From: Anas platyrhynchos
Taxonomy: Eukaryota
Length of the DNA stretch: 64,000 nucleotides
Assembly: GCF_047663525.1 (NCBI RefSeq)
Contig: NC_092587.1
Span: 188,995,457 to 189,059,456 of the forward strand
Direction: 5' to 3'
This document shows, in pieces, positions 27,801 to 42,800 of this stretch. The position numbers and the translations under genes are program-made. Position 1 is the stretch's first letter; each line of letters opens with the position of its first letter. The notes below the pieces were generated by a model, which did not search any database, was not told the DNA's origin, and saw nothing but the letters and a program-made list of their open reading frames with translations.

Positions 27801-30800
27801 GAACTGTGTCTGTTTATTATGTTTTAGCATATTCAGTATTATCTCATGAACCGTGTAACAGTTACACCATACCTCACTGTTTTGGTTGGGATGCTTCTCT
27901 ACCCACATTCGGGGTAGATACGCTTCAGAAATCCATATATCTAGACCAAAGCCACTACTGTCCAAGCGGCTGTTTTTCACAGTCTTAATTACAGCCTTGC
28001 ACTCCGTTTTCTGGAAGGGGAAAAAATAGGCATTTAAATATTTGTTTAATAACAGTACAGTGAATATTTTTTACTTGTACAAAATAAAATTGTCATTCGT
28101 GAGGACAGGGAATGATGACAGCACAGTTAATAGGGGTTGTACCAAAAGTCTTTTCTAGAAAGATTATATAAAATTTAAAAGGTACAGTTGCTATGTACAT
28201 ATTATATTATTTAAAATATCATTCACTTTCCTGAATGTGTTTTAAAATATGAAAACAAATGAAACAAAAAGGATTCAAGCACAACAGACATTTTCATCTG
28301 AGAAAAACAGAGAAGCTCTCAGTGTTCAGAATGAACACTGCACAAAGCCACTCAGACCTACAACACACATTTCCTAGGATTAAAGTTCATTTTCAAATAC
28401 ACAGCAGAACTCCTAAGGCAGACACACAATTTTAGTGAAGTTAGTTTACCTTTATTTTAAGTTTATGTGTCCAACTATATAGGCGTTCAATGCTATATGG
28501 CATCTCAATAGACATATCCAAGGAGAATCCACTAAAAACAGAGAACAAATGAATGGTGGTCCAGGAAAGACGATGATTAATCTGCATGCAACAACATCTC
28601 CATGAGAATGAGCTATGTTTCCTGACCTTTTAAACTCATTGGATGAAAGTGAAGAATACTAAACTATTTAGACAAGTTTCTGTCTCTGTCCCCACTGTTT
28701 TTTTTAAGGTATTCAGATTGCTTTTTGCCAATTTCAGCCAATCTTGTCTCATAAAATAAGATTATCTGCTCTCTGCACTGCTTCTTGGTTTGTGTATCTT
28801 GGGACTGACTTAGCCATTTTTGCCACACTATCACAATGGTTATTCATTCCAGGTTGCTGACTCACCACAAACCTGGGTTATTGGTAGTCACTATATTGCA
28901 GGATAACATCTCCCAGACTATAGGTGTGTAGGGCTGCAAACATTTCCTTTATGTGTAGCCTTCCATTGTTCAGTCTTACATTTTGGTAAATAGCCCCTTT
29001 TAAAAACTGTCATTGACTACTCAGAGTCCTAACCTCAATATTATTGAATGCACCATGAAACTGTGTATCTTCTGCACAGTATATGAGCAATTATTTTCTA
29101 TTTACAGTCACATCTCCATTATCTTTTAAGATGCTTGTGGATAAAATATGCAATAGGTATGCACAGTCCCAGAGCAGCTGCAGAACCAGAGTGAAGCAAG
29201 AAAAAAATTATTATATTATGAAGCATTATATAAATGTTTGCAGCTAACTCGGGTATCTTTGTGTTGCTGTCTCTAGGATCTGATGCTGAAAAGTGAGGTA
29301 GTAATATCTGACCTCCATCCTCACACAGTAACTATTCTTAAGTATTTCCCAATTTTTATTCACATTTTCTAGTTGAATTGTCCCTTCACCTTAAAATTCA
29401 ATTGTATTATAATTTTAAATATATTTTCTACAACTGGATGTGTATTATATGAACATGTGAATTTATTTCTGATATGCGTATGCCAGAAATAGTGCCAAAT
29501 CTTTAGTTATCAGTACAATATTACTACCAATCAACAGTAACTGTACTGAATAAAAGCAAGGTAACAGTATGGAGCACTACTTCAGGATTAAATACGGTTT
29601 GAGAAAATTACAACAGATGTTGTTTGTGCCAGCTTTGCAGCTAGAACAGAGGACATGCTCAAGAAAAACACTTCTCATTTGATTTTAATACGGAAAATTC
29701 AATTCCCTGAATAACATAAGTTTTGACACATTTACTGCTACTGCTACCTACACGCCTTGCGATTCCAGTTGAGAACAGCCACATGCAGAAACATTATCGG
29801 GAATTAAGTTATCATATTCTGTTTCCAATAAGTCTTACTTTACCAGCAACATTGTCGTTTCAGGTAATTGTATTTTTAAATTTAAAATACAAGTGCAAAG
29901 AAAGGCTAAAATGTTAAGTGCAATGATACTGCAAATATGAAGATCAGGTAGGCTCATTAAATTGGGAATTTACGTATAATCCTTAGTAACAGAAATGTTT
30001 CTGAAACAAAAGGAAGTATTTATGATAATATTTATCTAAGGATGACAGATTAGAATTAAACATTAAACTAGTCTCTTGATAATGCAATATTCCATATAAG
30101 TAGAAAAACATTAAATGCGGATATTTTAACTTAATGTTTTAAAAATATTGATAATAAATCAAATTACAGTATTAATGAAAGCAACTTACTTCTTCACTGT
30201 TTTTATTTGTCTAACACAAACCTTCTTTACTGTATCCTACAAAAGAAAAAGAAAAAAATCTTATACTGCACCAGTTGTGAAGTATTTGTATGTAATCCCT
30301 GACACTTCTATCCAGCTGGAGCTCCTTTCTCTTATTCTGTCACTAAGATGGGACTGTCTGGAACCCTGTTTACTTCATTCATTCATATGGCTTTGTCATC
30401 TGAGCATCACTGCAGCTAAAATTCAGATGAGCCTGCATATGCTGCTCTCCCAAAGACACAATGAACTTCAGAACTCAGTATAATATAGCTCTGAAGCAGA
30501 AGGCATGGCTGTTGAACAGTCAGACATACGACACAGCTATATGATCTCACAGGGAGTAGGACCACAAGGACCACCATTGGCTCTTTGCCAGCATTTAAAC
30601 AGAGATGACCTCCCCTCCCACCTGAACAATTCCTGAGCCATCAGGGACATCCAAAGAAACAGATGGGAAACCTGGTCAAAGGAGGCAGAGAAGGATAATA
30701 GCAGCGTTCAGCAGATGCTCAGCTGCTGTTTTATGAGGGATATATACAATACCTATTTTCTTGCAAGCCAAAGGAGGAACAGCAAGGACAGAAACAACAG

Positions 30801-33800
30801 ATAACTCAAAATACGAGATCTAGTTTAAATGTGTTCCAACTCAAGTCAACTTTTCAAGTACCGCAAGAGTAAATAAATCCTCAGAGATACTACAGGCTTT
30901 CTACTGATCACGGCACTCCTAAGCTTGTGTTCACATTGCTTTTTAAAAATCCTGTTATGACAAGAATGATAAACACAATTATCTTTTAATAAAAAGAGAA
31001 GAAATTAAACGGAAGATAATCATGATCTTACTGAACTCTCTTGTGTAACTGCAATCCCCTAGGTACAAAATCCTTGCTTCAAAAGAAGATGCTATTTTAA
31101 GATTGTATTTTAACAAACCTGCGTGTTTTCGTTCAGTGCTTTGTCCTGTTGCCATGGTGATACAGAAGCAGGCATATGAAAAGTGATACAACCATTCTGA
31201 CAACTCAGTTCGGTGATATAGGTGATTTTGATTAGAACTGTAGAGTTTGGAGGTAAATTCCCAACACTTATTACAAAAATATCCTAAAAAAAGAGACTAG
31301 ATTTAATGTCATTGTTAAAGCCCATGTTTTCCAAAACATTAATTTAATTGGTGGTACAGCACAATCAATTTAAATGCTAACACAGAAAACACTACTTGGT
31401 TTTTGAGGTGTATAAGGAAAAATGATGCTAAGACAATAAGTATTAAACTTTTGATATCTTTTCAAGATTTCTAGGCAAGACTGATCATTAATAACTAAAT
31501 AAATCAATCTTTTATTAAAAAAAAAGCTGTGATTTCTTTAAAAATGTAAGCTCCTAAAAGGAATATTTGTTTTATATAAGCCGTGGAACATACTTGAAGA
31601 AACAATAGCAGTTTACTAAAACGATCAAATGTATGCTCCAAGAAAGTTCTAGTAAAAAGCAGCTTCCCAACAAAGACATGATTGAGCAAAGATTCTGATA
31701 GGAATATCCTCACACGCCCAGATAACCTATCTGTAATCTGACAAATGCAAAATTTTCAAGTAGGTTATGAAACCATTATATTCAACGTACCGGTGCATCT
31801 TGGTCCATTAGATAAGCTCCATCGCCCTGACTGATAGCTTTACGATATTCTCTGTGTGCTTGTTTCTTTTCTTTAACCTATGAAAGATTTTCCAAAATAA
31901 GTGTTTTCATCTCTATAAGCAGAACACTTTCATCTCTATATACAGAACACAGTATTCTCTTACATGACATTACCACATGACAGTCAAGTGGTAATAACAA
32001 AGAACTTGAGAGAAAACAAAATAAATTTTGGTGTTGTATGCTTTATTACTAAATAAGTGCTTTCAAATCTTGAAATTGAAGGACCTACATCAAAGGCAGT
32101 GTACAGTAACATCTTACCTTTCCAATGATGTGTTTTCCATTGATAAAAGCTTCAAATCCACAAACAGCAGCTTTATCATCCAAGGGAAAAACATATTTAG
32201 CTTCAATCGGACTACTGCTTTGATTGGTGTAGGTCTGAAATATTACCACCTGAAATGAACATTTTTTTTTATAGCTCCATAACATTAAAATGTGATTAAA
32301 ACATCAATACTGTAAGAGAAACAGCATAACTGCATTGCATGGCAAAATATCAATATGTATGCCACAGCCTGATGATTTATTTGTATATTGGAAATGAAGG
32401 TATAACATTCACTGGTGCTTGGCAAATAAATATCTCACAAAAATGCAAGGAGCTGTGGAATTTTTACTCTCTAAATTATTAATCAAATCTCTTCCAGAAG
32501 AAGAGTAATCCGTGACTTTACAAAGGTTACATGATGCAGAGCTGGAGCTGTCAAGCTATTGCCTGCAAAAGTTGTCACCATTGCAATATGTCTGTAATCG
32601 TTTCAAGCCGGTAATGTCTAAACAAGAAGGAAGAATAAACAAAACTAATAAAAAAAGTTTTATTTAATATTATGATATATTGAAAGGGATGTTTGTATAA
32701 GCCTGTATGTGTAGCATCTATTTTCTACTGACAGTATTTCTGTCTCTGAGGTAGCAGATTGCATCTTTCTTTTCACATCTGTTCTTCTGTTTACTTCCCT
32801 TGCGTCCTAACAAAATCCCAAGAATTCCTCATTTGCCTTTGCTGCTGTTCTTACTGTCCCTTGCCATCACATCATTTCTGGTTTATGCTCTGTAGCTCTG
32901 CTTTATAAACTGCTTTCTGCTTTGGTGGACTGGGTCATAGCACAGATGCTACTGTGCAGTAATTCATTCCATAGGAAAGCAAACCAAAAAATAATGATGA
33001 TCCCTCATGAGAAGAACAGTTGTTCAAAGGGATCAGACTGATCAGACAACAGTGGTGAGTGTCAGAACAGTTTAAGCACAGACTCAGCTGACAACAGTTC
33101 TTCCATCTCTTTACTCTCCTGTTTTTGCTCTGCTTTCTTTTTTTAGGACTTCAGCAACAAATAAAAATATGAATTGTTCTTATGAAACTACTTCAGCACT
33201 GGACACCCCAGGATACAAATGTTTGTGCACAGAGACACATGTGACAGAACCCAGTAGAAACACAGCTTTTGCATGATCAAGACTGCCCCAGACAGGACTC
33301 AGTTGCAGGGGGAAAGAGATTGTGGAATTATGCCCCAGGACAGAAAAAAGCCTGTGTCTTGACAGGATGCGTTCTTAGGGCATATATATAGAAAACAAAC
33401 AAACAAAAATTTTAGCTTGCTTGGCTAACTTTTATTAGCTAATTTTGGCTAACCTTTAATAGCTAATTTTCAAGCTAGAATAGCAAGTTCTTTTGTACTG
33501 CCTGATATTTTACTTGTAACAGCTAATTTAGGTTGTCTAATGAAAGTTAAAAACAAAACACACAAATATATTTCCAGAAATTTTTAGTCATCCTAGATAT
33601 TTTTTACTAGTTTATAATTCAGCTGGCAAACAGTTGAAAAAGAAGGTCTTTACAAGGAAACAGAACAGTAAGTTTCTCTGCAGTGCTGACTTGATTGCAC
33701 ATCAACAGAAACAGACTGAAAAATAAAGCCAAGCCTTTCACTGACCAAAGAGCTTTTGGCACTTGTTTGATTACACACCTCTACAAACAAGAACTTTTCA

Positions 33801-36800
33801 TGCAGTTTCAAGATTTTCCTTCATTTAGAGATTGAATTGCCTTTTTATTTTTAATTTTATTTTTTAATGATTAAAACACTACTTAACAACTGAAATAATT
33901 TTTCAGGACTGACTTACAGGAAGGAACAATAAATAACATACTTTACCTGTGCTACAAAGTCTATTATCTTTGCCTTAATATGAAAGCCTTCCAGAGGAAC
34001 AGGATTTCCCAGTTTGTCTTGAAGACCAGTTCTTACTGTATTTGAAATATTTGCACTTGGTAACGCATAGCCTAAACAAAGAGTTTATGAAATATTAGAA
34101 ACCTATTTTTTGAAATGCACATTTGGGAAGCAAGTTTGAAACTAATCCTGTATCAATGGCCCATACTTACTTATGCAACTCAGAACACACAAATTAAAAG
34201 TAATCCTCATTTTTGTTATGAATACTTGTGTTGCACTGCTTCTGCTGACTGTCACCAGCTCATGATAAGTCTTCAAGGTCTTACAAGGTCTTTGTTTAAA
34301 ACCTTGCATTTGAATTATTAAAAGACCATCTCATGATTTATGCAAAAGTGCTTCTTGTGCTTCTCTTGAAACACACTGTGACAGGAGGAGTTCCAACTAT
34401 CATTGGTAATTAGGCATACAGGAAATCTGTTAAACAGATGCTACATGGATGCCACATAACTAATTTGGTAACATCCACAAATAAACTTCAAATGATTTTT
34501 TAATAAGCTAGCTGCATACAAGAACTCTAAAAAGCATTCTCATAAATATTTAGGGAACTTTGAAAGCAAGCCAAGAGTACAAACAGAAAATATTTCTTAC
34601 TTTCATTCTGTACATGACATTGTGACTCTGGCTCACTGTTATCTTTCGCCAGTTCCACCCCAGTTCCAGGCTGAAATGGTTTTATTTGATCTTCAGGAAG
34701 GCAAAACTTAACAACATATCTAATTTTAACCTGTGCAGTCTTGTACACAACAAATTCATCATCCTGGAAGAGCAAAGAAAGGTATTTTACAATTAAAAAA
34801 AAGCTGTTGGTAATATTTTAAAAATGCAGATTTATTGAGAGATGAACCTAAATGACATCACTTTTGATAAATACTAAAAATACGACTTTTTTTTTTTTTA
34901 CTCTCCTAATCTCTCCTTATCACTACCATTTACATCTGTTATGTTTTCTTTCCCCACATTCCTTATATTTCTTACTCACTGTAACGCACAATCATTCTCC
35001 AGAATAACTAAGAACAAAAAGAAATAAAAAAAAATTGGTGGATATCTAGCCAGTGACTTTATCTGTTTGTGTACCAGTAAGGCTTTCATCATCGCCTTTG
35101 AGTACCAACCTTTAAGGACCGGGATTTTACCAGTTGGATTCTATTATAAAACAGTGAACCTTCCATGGTGGTGATTTCTTATTCCATACAAAGCAGAACA
35201 CCATTTCCAAATAGCAATTTCAATGTCATAAATCAGATATTTATAGGATGATTCAGTTATAATAAAAAAGAATGCTAACATATTTCTTTTAAGTATTGCT
35301 TTCTTGCAGAAATTTTAAATCTCCTCACAACTAGTAACTTAGAACCTTAGATGTTTTATATGTACTTTACAGGCTGTAAAATAGACAAAAGTGATTCTGT
35401 GCATTACGGTCTAGTGATTTAGTGTCTGAACTGGAATATACAGGTTATACTAATTCTGTTATCTATCACTGGTATAAATAAATCCTAACACTGCAGGATC
35501 AGTACCTCGAAGTCCGAAGAGATGTCTGCTGTCTTACGGACTCCATGTACACTGTTATAACCTGATGGTGCATCATTTAATGAAAAATCTCGTTCATACA
35601 AATCTAAACAGGATCCAAGTGCCACATCACAAACTGCAAGGAGTCGGCTTCCATCCATTTCACTGGGTGAAGAATACTTAATACTGGCACTATATGCAAA
35701 AAAAGATCATGCACATTTTATTAAAATTGATTTTAAAGTAAAGCTCCTAGGAGTTCAAGGATACACAAATACTTTTGAACAGATGATCAGGAAAGAAATA
35801 ATAATTAAATTACCTTAAAAGTATTAAACATTTTATCTACTTAATTTGCAAAGCAAAAAGAATACACAAACGATATTATCAAAAGATATTGTCATTATCC
35901 ACACCTGACAGAATCACTGAAGTAAATGCCACTTCCCAGATTTCCAATGTCAGTTCTTTCCAGGCCATGATCTTCAACAACCACTTTTGGCAAGAGGAGT
36001 CCTCTGGAGGGAAAAAAAAAAAAAAGTCACAAAAGTCACACAATGAATGAAGTTCAAAATACTTTTGCATAAAATATGTGGGCTAATACATGTCGTGCAA
36101 TTATGAACCACAGAGGATTAAGTCAAATACACTTTACAAAAAACATACATAGAGACTCAAGGAAAATCAAGCCTATACATCAAAAATAAATCCCAAAGCC
36201 ATATGAATCGCCAAGACATTGACTACATAAGCTATTGAGACTGTTTACTTTTTTCATTTAGCAGAAAAGCAACACGTTTCCCAGACTCATTACTATGCCT
36301 GAGTGAATCCATGGAATTGTCATAAAACTAGATATTGCATTATTCCAGGAAATTACGATAATTTAAAATTATTTCAGATAAAATGGTCATACGTAAATAA
36401 TGTGGAAGTGGACGGGAAGACAAGAAGTGGAAGGATGACATCATTAATGGAATTCTTTCCTAAAACAGAGTAAATTATCCATGCAGCCATTAATCTCCCA
36501 CTCTCTCCATTTTGTCATCTTTCATCTGGATTTAAACTACAGCCCTCCTCATCATAACCAAATAGCTCCATCTCAATGCTAATCCAGCTGGAAAGTAATC
36601 ACATTTATCATTACAAAAGAATGATTTCCCTTCCGGGATTCTGCAGAAGGATATGAATAGTTATATAAATGTTAACAGTAAAAAATAGGTTAAACATAAT
36701 GTAAAAGTTTCACAAAAGAAAGCATTTTTTAAAATCCAATATATTTAATTATATATAATTAACCCTAACCCAATGTCACAAAAAATGGAATGTAAATTTT

Positions 36801-39800
36801 TACCTGGAAAGAATTCCCATGAAATTGCGCACAGATGATGCATGGAATAAGGATTGAATATTTCCAAGACTGCCCAGAAATTCTGCTGTTTCACTTACTC
36901 TGCCAACACTATACACTTGTAAAATTCTCACTGGACGATCACTGCAAGAAATTTGAAATGATCTTTGACTTCAAAAACTTGTTTAAGAACAATATACTGC
37001 CAAGAGATAATGCCTTGTAGTAAATCTCAAAGTAACATTAAATCTTTGGTTTTGGTGGTTTTGGTTAGCAATTTGGGAGGCAAAAAAATATGATAACAGC
37101 AATAAGAGACAAAAAAAAAAAAAGATAACAGCAATTATTGAAAACACCAGAGATATTTAAAACCTATGACAAAGTTCAAGATTTATTCAGACATTCAGGG
37201 AGAAATAAAATATGCAAAGACGTAAAATGTAAAATACGTAAAGTCAGATGAAATTATCTCATTTGATATTTTGGAACTTAAATTCAAAGATGTGATGTAT
37301 AAAGCCCATATAACTCTATGCACTGCAGAGTCTGGCATTATATAAATTATTGCCAAATCTATCTTGTACTAAAAATTCTCCTACTGCGAAGGCTCAGATA
37401 ACTCACCATCTTGGCTGAACCATGAACATCTTAGCATGTTCAGGCTATCTGAATGTAGCAACTTGGACTTCCCAATTAAGAAATACACTTGCGAGGAGGA
37501 AAACTTAGGTTGCAATCCCACCTCCAGCAAGATTTATGCGTTTTACATACAGTAGTTACTGGGCAGAGCACACACCAGGATTCACGTCCTTCCCTTGTGA
37601 TTACACTAAGCAACAGATTCAGACTTCCAGACTTCTTTCCATTTTTCTTACCAGATGAATGCTTTATTTAGCTACTTGTATAGAGGCCCAAGTGGGAAAC
37701 TATGTGCTCACCACCTTCCTTCTGCTTTACCAGTTTGCTATGTACGTGTCTTTGGAAAATGCTTCCTCAGATGACAGAGCCTGGACTAGGGACTGGGTTG
37801 CTCAAGAGTGGCAAAGTAGCAGTGCTTTAAGAAATACCCAGAAGATAGTATGAGGATTCTAGGATTCCTGACTGTCACACAGTGAGGAACCTTAGGATTT
37901 ACAAAACAACTAAGTAGAGGACTTAGGGATCACAATTTTAAATTTAGATAAATAAAGTAGGCAGTACACTTGGAAAGTAAAAGCAAATCAAGCCTTTGCT
38001 TACAAGTCAGAGCTTCATGCTTTTAAGATTTAGTAAACTTCAGTGAGTCTTGAGTTCCTAAATGCTAAAACAATATTGGTAAAACAATATGCTAAACAAA
38101 ATGCTAAAACAATACTGGTAAACAATTTATAAATGTGCTATATGAACTTCATTTTTTTTTGAGAGAATTTGGACCCTTGAGCCTTTAGTATGTTTCTACT
38201 GCAGTTGATTTTTTATTTTTTTTGAGATTGCTTTTAGTTAAAACACTAAGTTTGCAAGTGCAGAGACTGAAAGGCACTAAATATGCTCCAATTCTTGCAA
38301 TTTAATTATGCTCTATTATCTGTCGTATAAAAAAAAGACAAAATTTTGGGTGAAAAATCCCATGCTTGTAACTAGTTAGAAGATCATAGAGCCTATGAAT
38401 TAGTTTATAGGCCCTAAATTTGATAACTGTGATCCACAAAGAGCAGTCCTGTGGGCTCACATAACAGCTAATTTCCAAAAGGCTTACTTAATTGGTTCTG
38501 TCTCAAAGAACTTTAAGGTGGAATTGAGTCACATAAACTCTTTCTATTAATTTTAAATGACTTCATTTAGACAAAATGTCAAGTACTCACAAGTACTGAA
38601 CTTTGCCAAAAACCAGCAGAAGGTTGCATGTTTGAGCACAGTGCTCCTTCCTATTTGAGCAATTTGGATTTGGGTACAACTGCTTAGTAACCAGCAGTTG
38701 CTAGGGTTTAGGCCTTAGCAAGGGCCTGAGCTGCTTAACGCTACATTTACTCAGTAAAAACAGACTTGAAGTGCTCACTATATAACTACCTGAAAGGAGG
38801 TTGCAACAAGGAGGGCATTGATCTCTTTTCTCAGTTGACAAGTGATTGAACACAAGGCAATGGCCTCGAGTTACACCAAGGGAGGTTTAGATTGGGTATC
38901 AGGAAGAATTTCTTCATGGAAAGGGTGGTTAGGCATTGGAACGGGCTGACCAGGGAGGTGACAGAGTCACCATCCCTGGAGGTATTTCAGAGCCATGTGG
39001 ATGTGGTGCTTAGGGACAGGGTTTAGTGGTGGATTTGGTGTTAGGTGACGGTTGGACTTGATGATCCTAAGGGACTTTTCCAACCTAAACAATTCTATGA
39101 TTCTATATAGCTGAACTGAAACCTACTCCATTCTTCTATGCATCAATGATTATTCATTGATTATTCAATTTCTAGAATGACATTCTCTTTAAATTTATTT
39201 CTCCATGTTTATCCATTTTTACATTTCATTAGTTAATCAAAAAACACAGGGTACCCAGTCAGAAGCCAATGTCAAGAACATTAAATAGAATAGGAGGCAA
39301 ATCCACAGAATAGATTCCAGGAAATACATGTTTCTCATACAACTGAAAGCTACCTGAAAAGGGACATCAAGTTCTGTAGATAATAAAAAGATGACCAGGT
39401 AGTCCACCTCTCCTCCCCACCTACTCCATCATATCTAATAATACACATAAAGAAATATTTGTTTTTCTCAGCAACCCCCTAAGTTTTATTTTGATGTTCG
39501 CTTTCCCTGTATTCTGTGAAATACCTGGTAATAAATATTGCAAAGCAGAATGAACAAGCCTAAAAGCCATATATCTTCTTGAAATAGCTACTATATATAG
39601 ACAGCTTTTCACAATCTGAAAAGGGGAAAAAATTAACAATCTCATTTTCAGTTTTCTGAATTTACTTCCATTGGTTCTAGTATAGGTTATGGCAAATATG
39701 CCTGCTCTGCAATCCCATTAGTTTGACACTGCATAGTAACACTGCATAGAACCTAATAATTCAGTCCTTTTTAGAGGTGTTTTATGCACCATACCTTGCA

Positions 39801-42800
39801 TATTGCTAGAATCATTGCACAACTATTAAACACTCACTTGTAATTCTTTTTTAACACTTGCTGTGCAACATAGCGAAATTCATCACTTATTGGATCAAGA
39901 GCTTCAATCTTGCACCTCAGGGCTTGGTATTTGGCCAAAGATGTTGGGTTTGGGCATGACATATTTGTTTCCTGTATATTAAGCATGTCTCGGATGAGCT
40001 ACAAAATAAAGACAAATTTATAAATACTTGTTAGATTTTAATTAAGAAACCACACAAAACAGACTAAATTAGATAAAGTGACAGTGCAGCAACAACAAAA
40101 AGAATATGGAAAAGAACATTTCCACTGGCTAGATAACAAGTGGAACACGAGCAAATAGCTGTAGAATCCCATGAAAACAAAACAGAAAAAAAAAAAGTAT
40201 GCAGGTGATAAATTGTTTCTGTACAACTGCAAATCAAGTTTAGCATCGAGCCTGCTCATAACAGCTCCAGGGACCAGTATTTGTGCTTGGACACCATTTT
40301 GATTTTGCTTTTGAGGCAATCCTGACTTACTATAATCTTACCATATTGTCCCTGATGCCCCTGTCCAGTTAGGGCAGTAGCACAAGGCATCCATGTACTT
40401 TTCTCAGATCAAGAAGGACATCTAACTTAAAAAAAAAAAAAAAAAAAGTAACACTAAACTTCACTGAGTCACGGGAAAACTTTATGAGACATAGTAGTTT
40501 TTTGATAGCAGAAGGCTTCCAAGGTTAAAAGTGCTATTAACATTTATTCTTTTAGAATGATAGAGAGCCACCTTCTCTCTACCTCTCTCCCTTTATTTTT
40601 TGTAACTTACAGAAGACTGACTTCTGGATATCCTTTGCCAAAACCAAGAAGTATCTCTGTTGGAATCTATGGAATTTACATTACATTTGTAATACAAGGA
40701 GAAAATTTGAGTTTGCTCTACAGTTACAAGTATGATGTAGTTGTCGGAGCCCTGAGTGCCTCTCACCTCTCCCAAAACTCTGGCTGCTTGAGTTTTGAGC
40801 AGGCTTTGACTGTGAAGATTTGGGGCCTGAAAGAGAGCTGTGGGAAAACTTAGTGGAATCCTGCCCCTTCTCTGCTCAAGAGATGCATTTACGCTAAGGC
40901 TCTTGCCCTTGGTTTCTTGGCTGAGCTATGTTGCAGACGTGTCTACATCCAGCCTTGTATGTCCTTGGTTCTGACTCAGATCCTGTGAACCTGAGTTCCT
41001 AGTTAGGCCTTGGACCAGCTGGACAAGCCCATGATGAGGGGGCAATCTGGACCGTTGTCTGACCCTGCTAACTGGCACCAGCAGTCACTATCTGCTGCTC
41101 TGCTCCTAACTAATTACCTCAGTACTTCCCTGTCAGTGCAGTGACTGCCCTGGCCTTGCTAACTTTCACCCCTAGCCCCAGCCACCTGCCCTTGGTGCTC
41201 TCTGACAGCTGCTGGATGCAAGGGCTGCATCTGTGCACATTCAGCACACCTCATCATCAGTTCCCCTGGCAGAGTAACCGAATTCCCACCTGACTGAACT
41301 GCTACACAACTTAAAAACAATGGAAGTGACTAATTAATGCAGAAAATGTGAGGGTGAGACGTGGTGGGGATCCTTGGAGATTCCCGTAGGCAGGGCAGCT
41401 ATGCTTAGACCAACTGATAGATGCTATCTGCAGTCCAAGGAAGCCCCCCGAGCAGTTTGTGCTGTAGATGTAGGCACAGACCAATAGACTGGTAATTTTA
41501 AATCATCTTTTGAAACTGTTCCTGCATACATGGGAAAGGAAAAGTCATACAGAACAATCTTTGTACATAGTTAAAATAGTTTAAAAGTATTTTGTATGTA
41601 GTTTATGATAGTGAATAGAAACTGATTATGTGTATGCTTGAGCAGTTGCCAGGGTCAGCAGGATGATAAGATCAGTTTCACGTGTCTCATTTAATCCAGC
41701 TGAAGATACCATCATAACAATAATTGCAGTTGAAACTCTGTCACAATCTAGATGGCAATTGATCCTCTTCTTCAACATATTCAGTACCTGCCATGAGCAT
41801 TACTTTATTCATAAAATTCCAGTAAGTGACTTTTTTAAACTGACAGTCTGTGACTGTTGATTTATCTACCGAGTGTGTTCAAAACTTGCGTAGCACATTG
41901 TAGATTGGGGCTTACTATCAGTCTGGAAAAGTTACCTGACACAGGTCCTGTTTTCTAGATAACAGCTTTTTGGAAACTTCGTAGTCTATTTCAGTCTTGT
42001 GACGTATAAGTTCATAGAATTCCATCATCATCTTTTGTAGCGCTGCCTTATCAGCTCCCTCATCCAGTGCATTCTTTACCTGGAGCAAAATACCTTCTGC
42101 TTTGCTCACCTTTAAGAGAAGAGATTATTAAGCTGAAAGCCATCACAAAATTACTGGAAGAACACAAAGCAACAAATACTGAAAACGGATAATTTGATTC
42201 CATGTTGAAATAAAACTTGAACTGTTAATGCAATATCAACATTATAATGCAAAATAATATAATAGTGATACTTGACATCCTGTTGATTCACATTGTTAGC
42301 TTTAATATATTGATGAAATAACTACATATATTAGATGATAATAAATTTCTTACTACATTTCTAACTGCAATAATTTATCCTAAAATACATAAAACAGAGT
42401 AGAAATACTATTTATAAAATGCAACCTACTGATCAAAAGAAAGTAATGAGTCATTTTAGACAGTTTCTCTAGACCAATAATCTATATATTTGCTTGTGTC
42501 TGCATATTCATTCTCAACTGGAAATTTTTCACAGAATGCTCTATGTTATTTTTTATTCTTGGGGCAGGAGGAAAAAGGCAAAGTGCTCTTTAATTTACAT
42601 GAGCCATATGCAACAGCTAGTAAAATGCTGACACTAGAGGCTGCATAACAAAGTCTTACTGCAGTTCAATATTGACCCAAGGCTGGTCTCAGTCTCACAA
42701 AGGCCTTCAGAAAAAAATGGAAAGTTAATCTAACTGAACAGCAACCCACTTCTTTGTTTCAAATATCCAGAGATTTTTTTTTTCTTTCTACACAAATGCT

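Noticed and set aside
40830-41300. ~470 bp moderately GC-rich block (…gggctgcatctgtgcacattcagcacacctcatcatcag…)
   Set aside because: Looks like an interspersed repeat or LTR remnant, but I cannot assign a family from sequence alone. Not reported as a feature.
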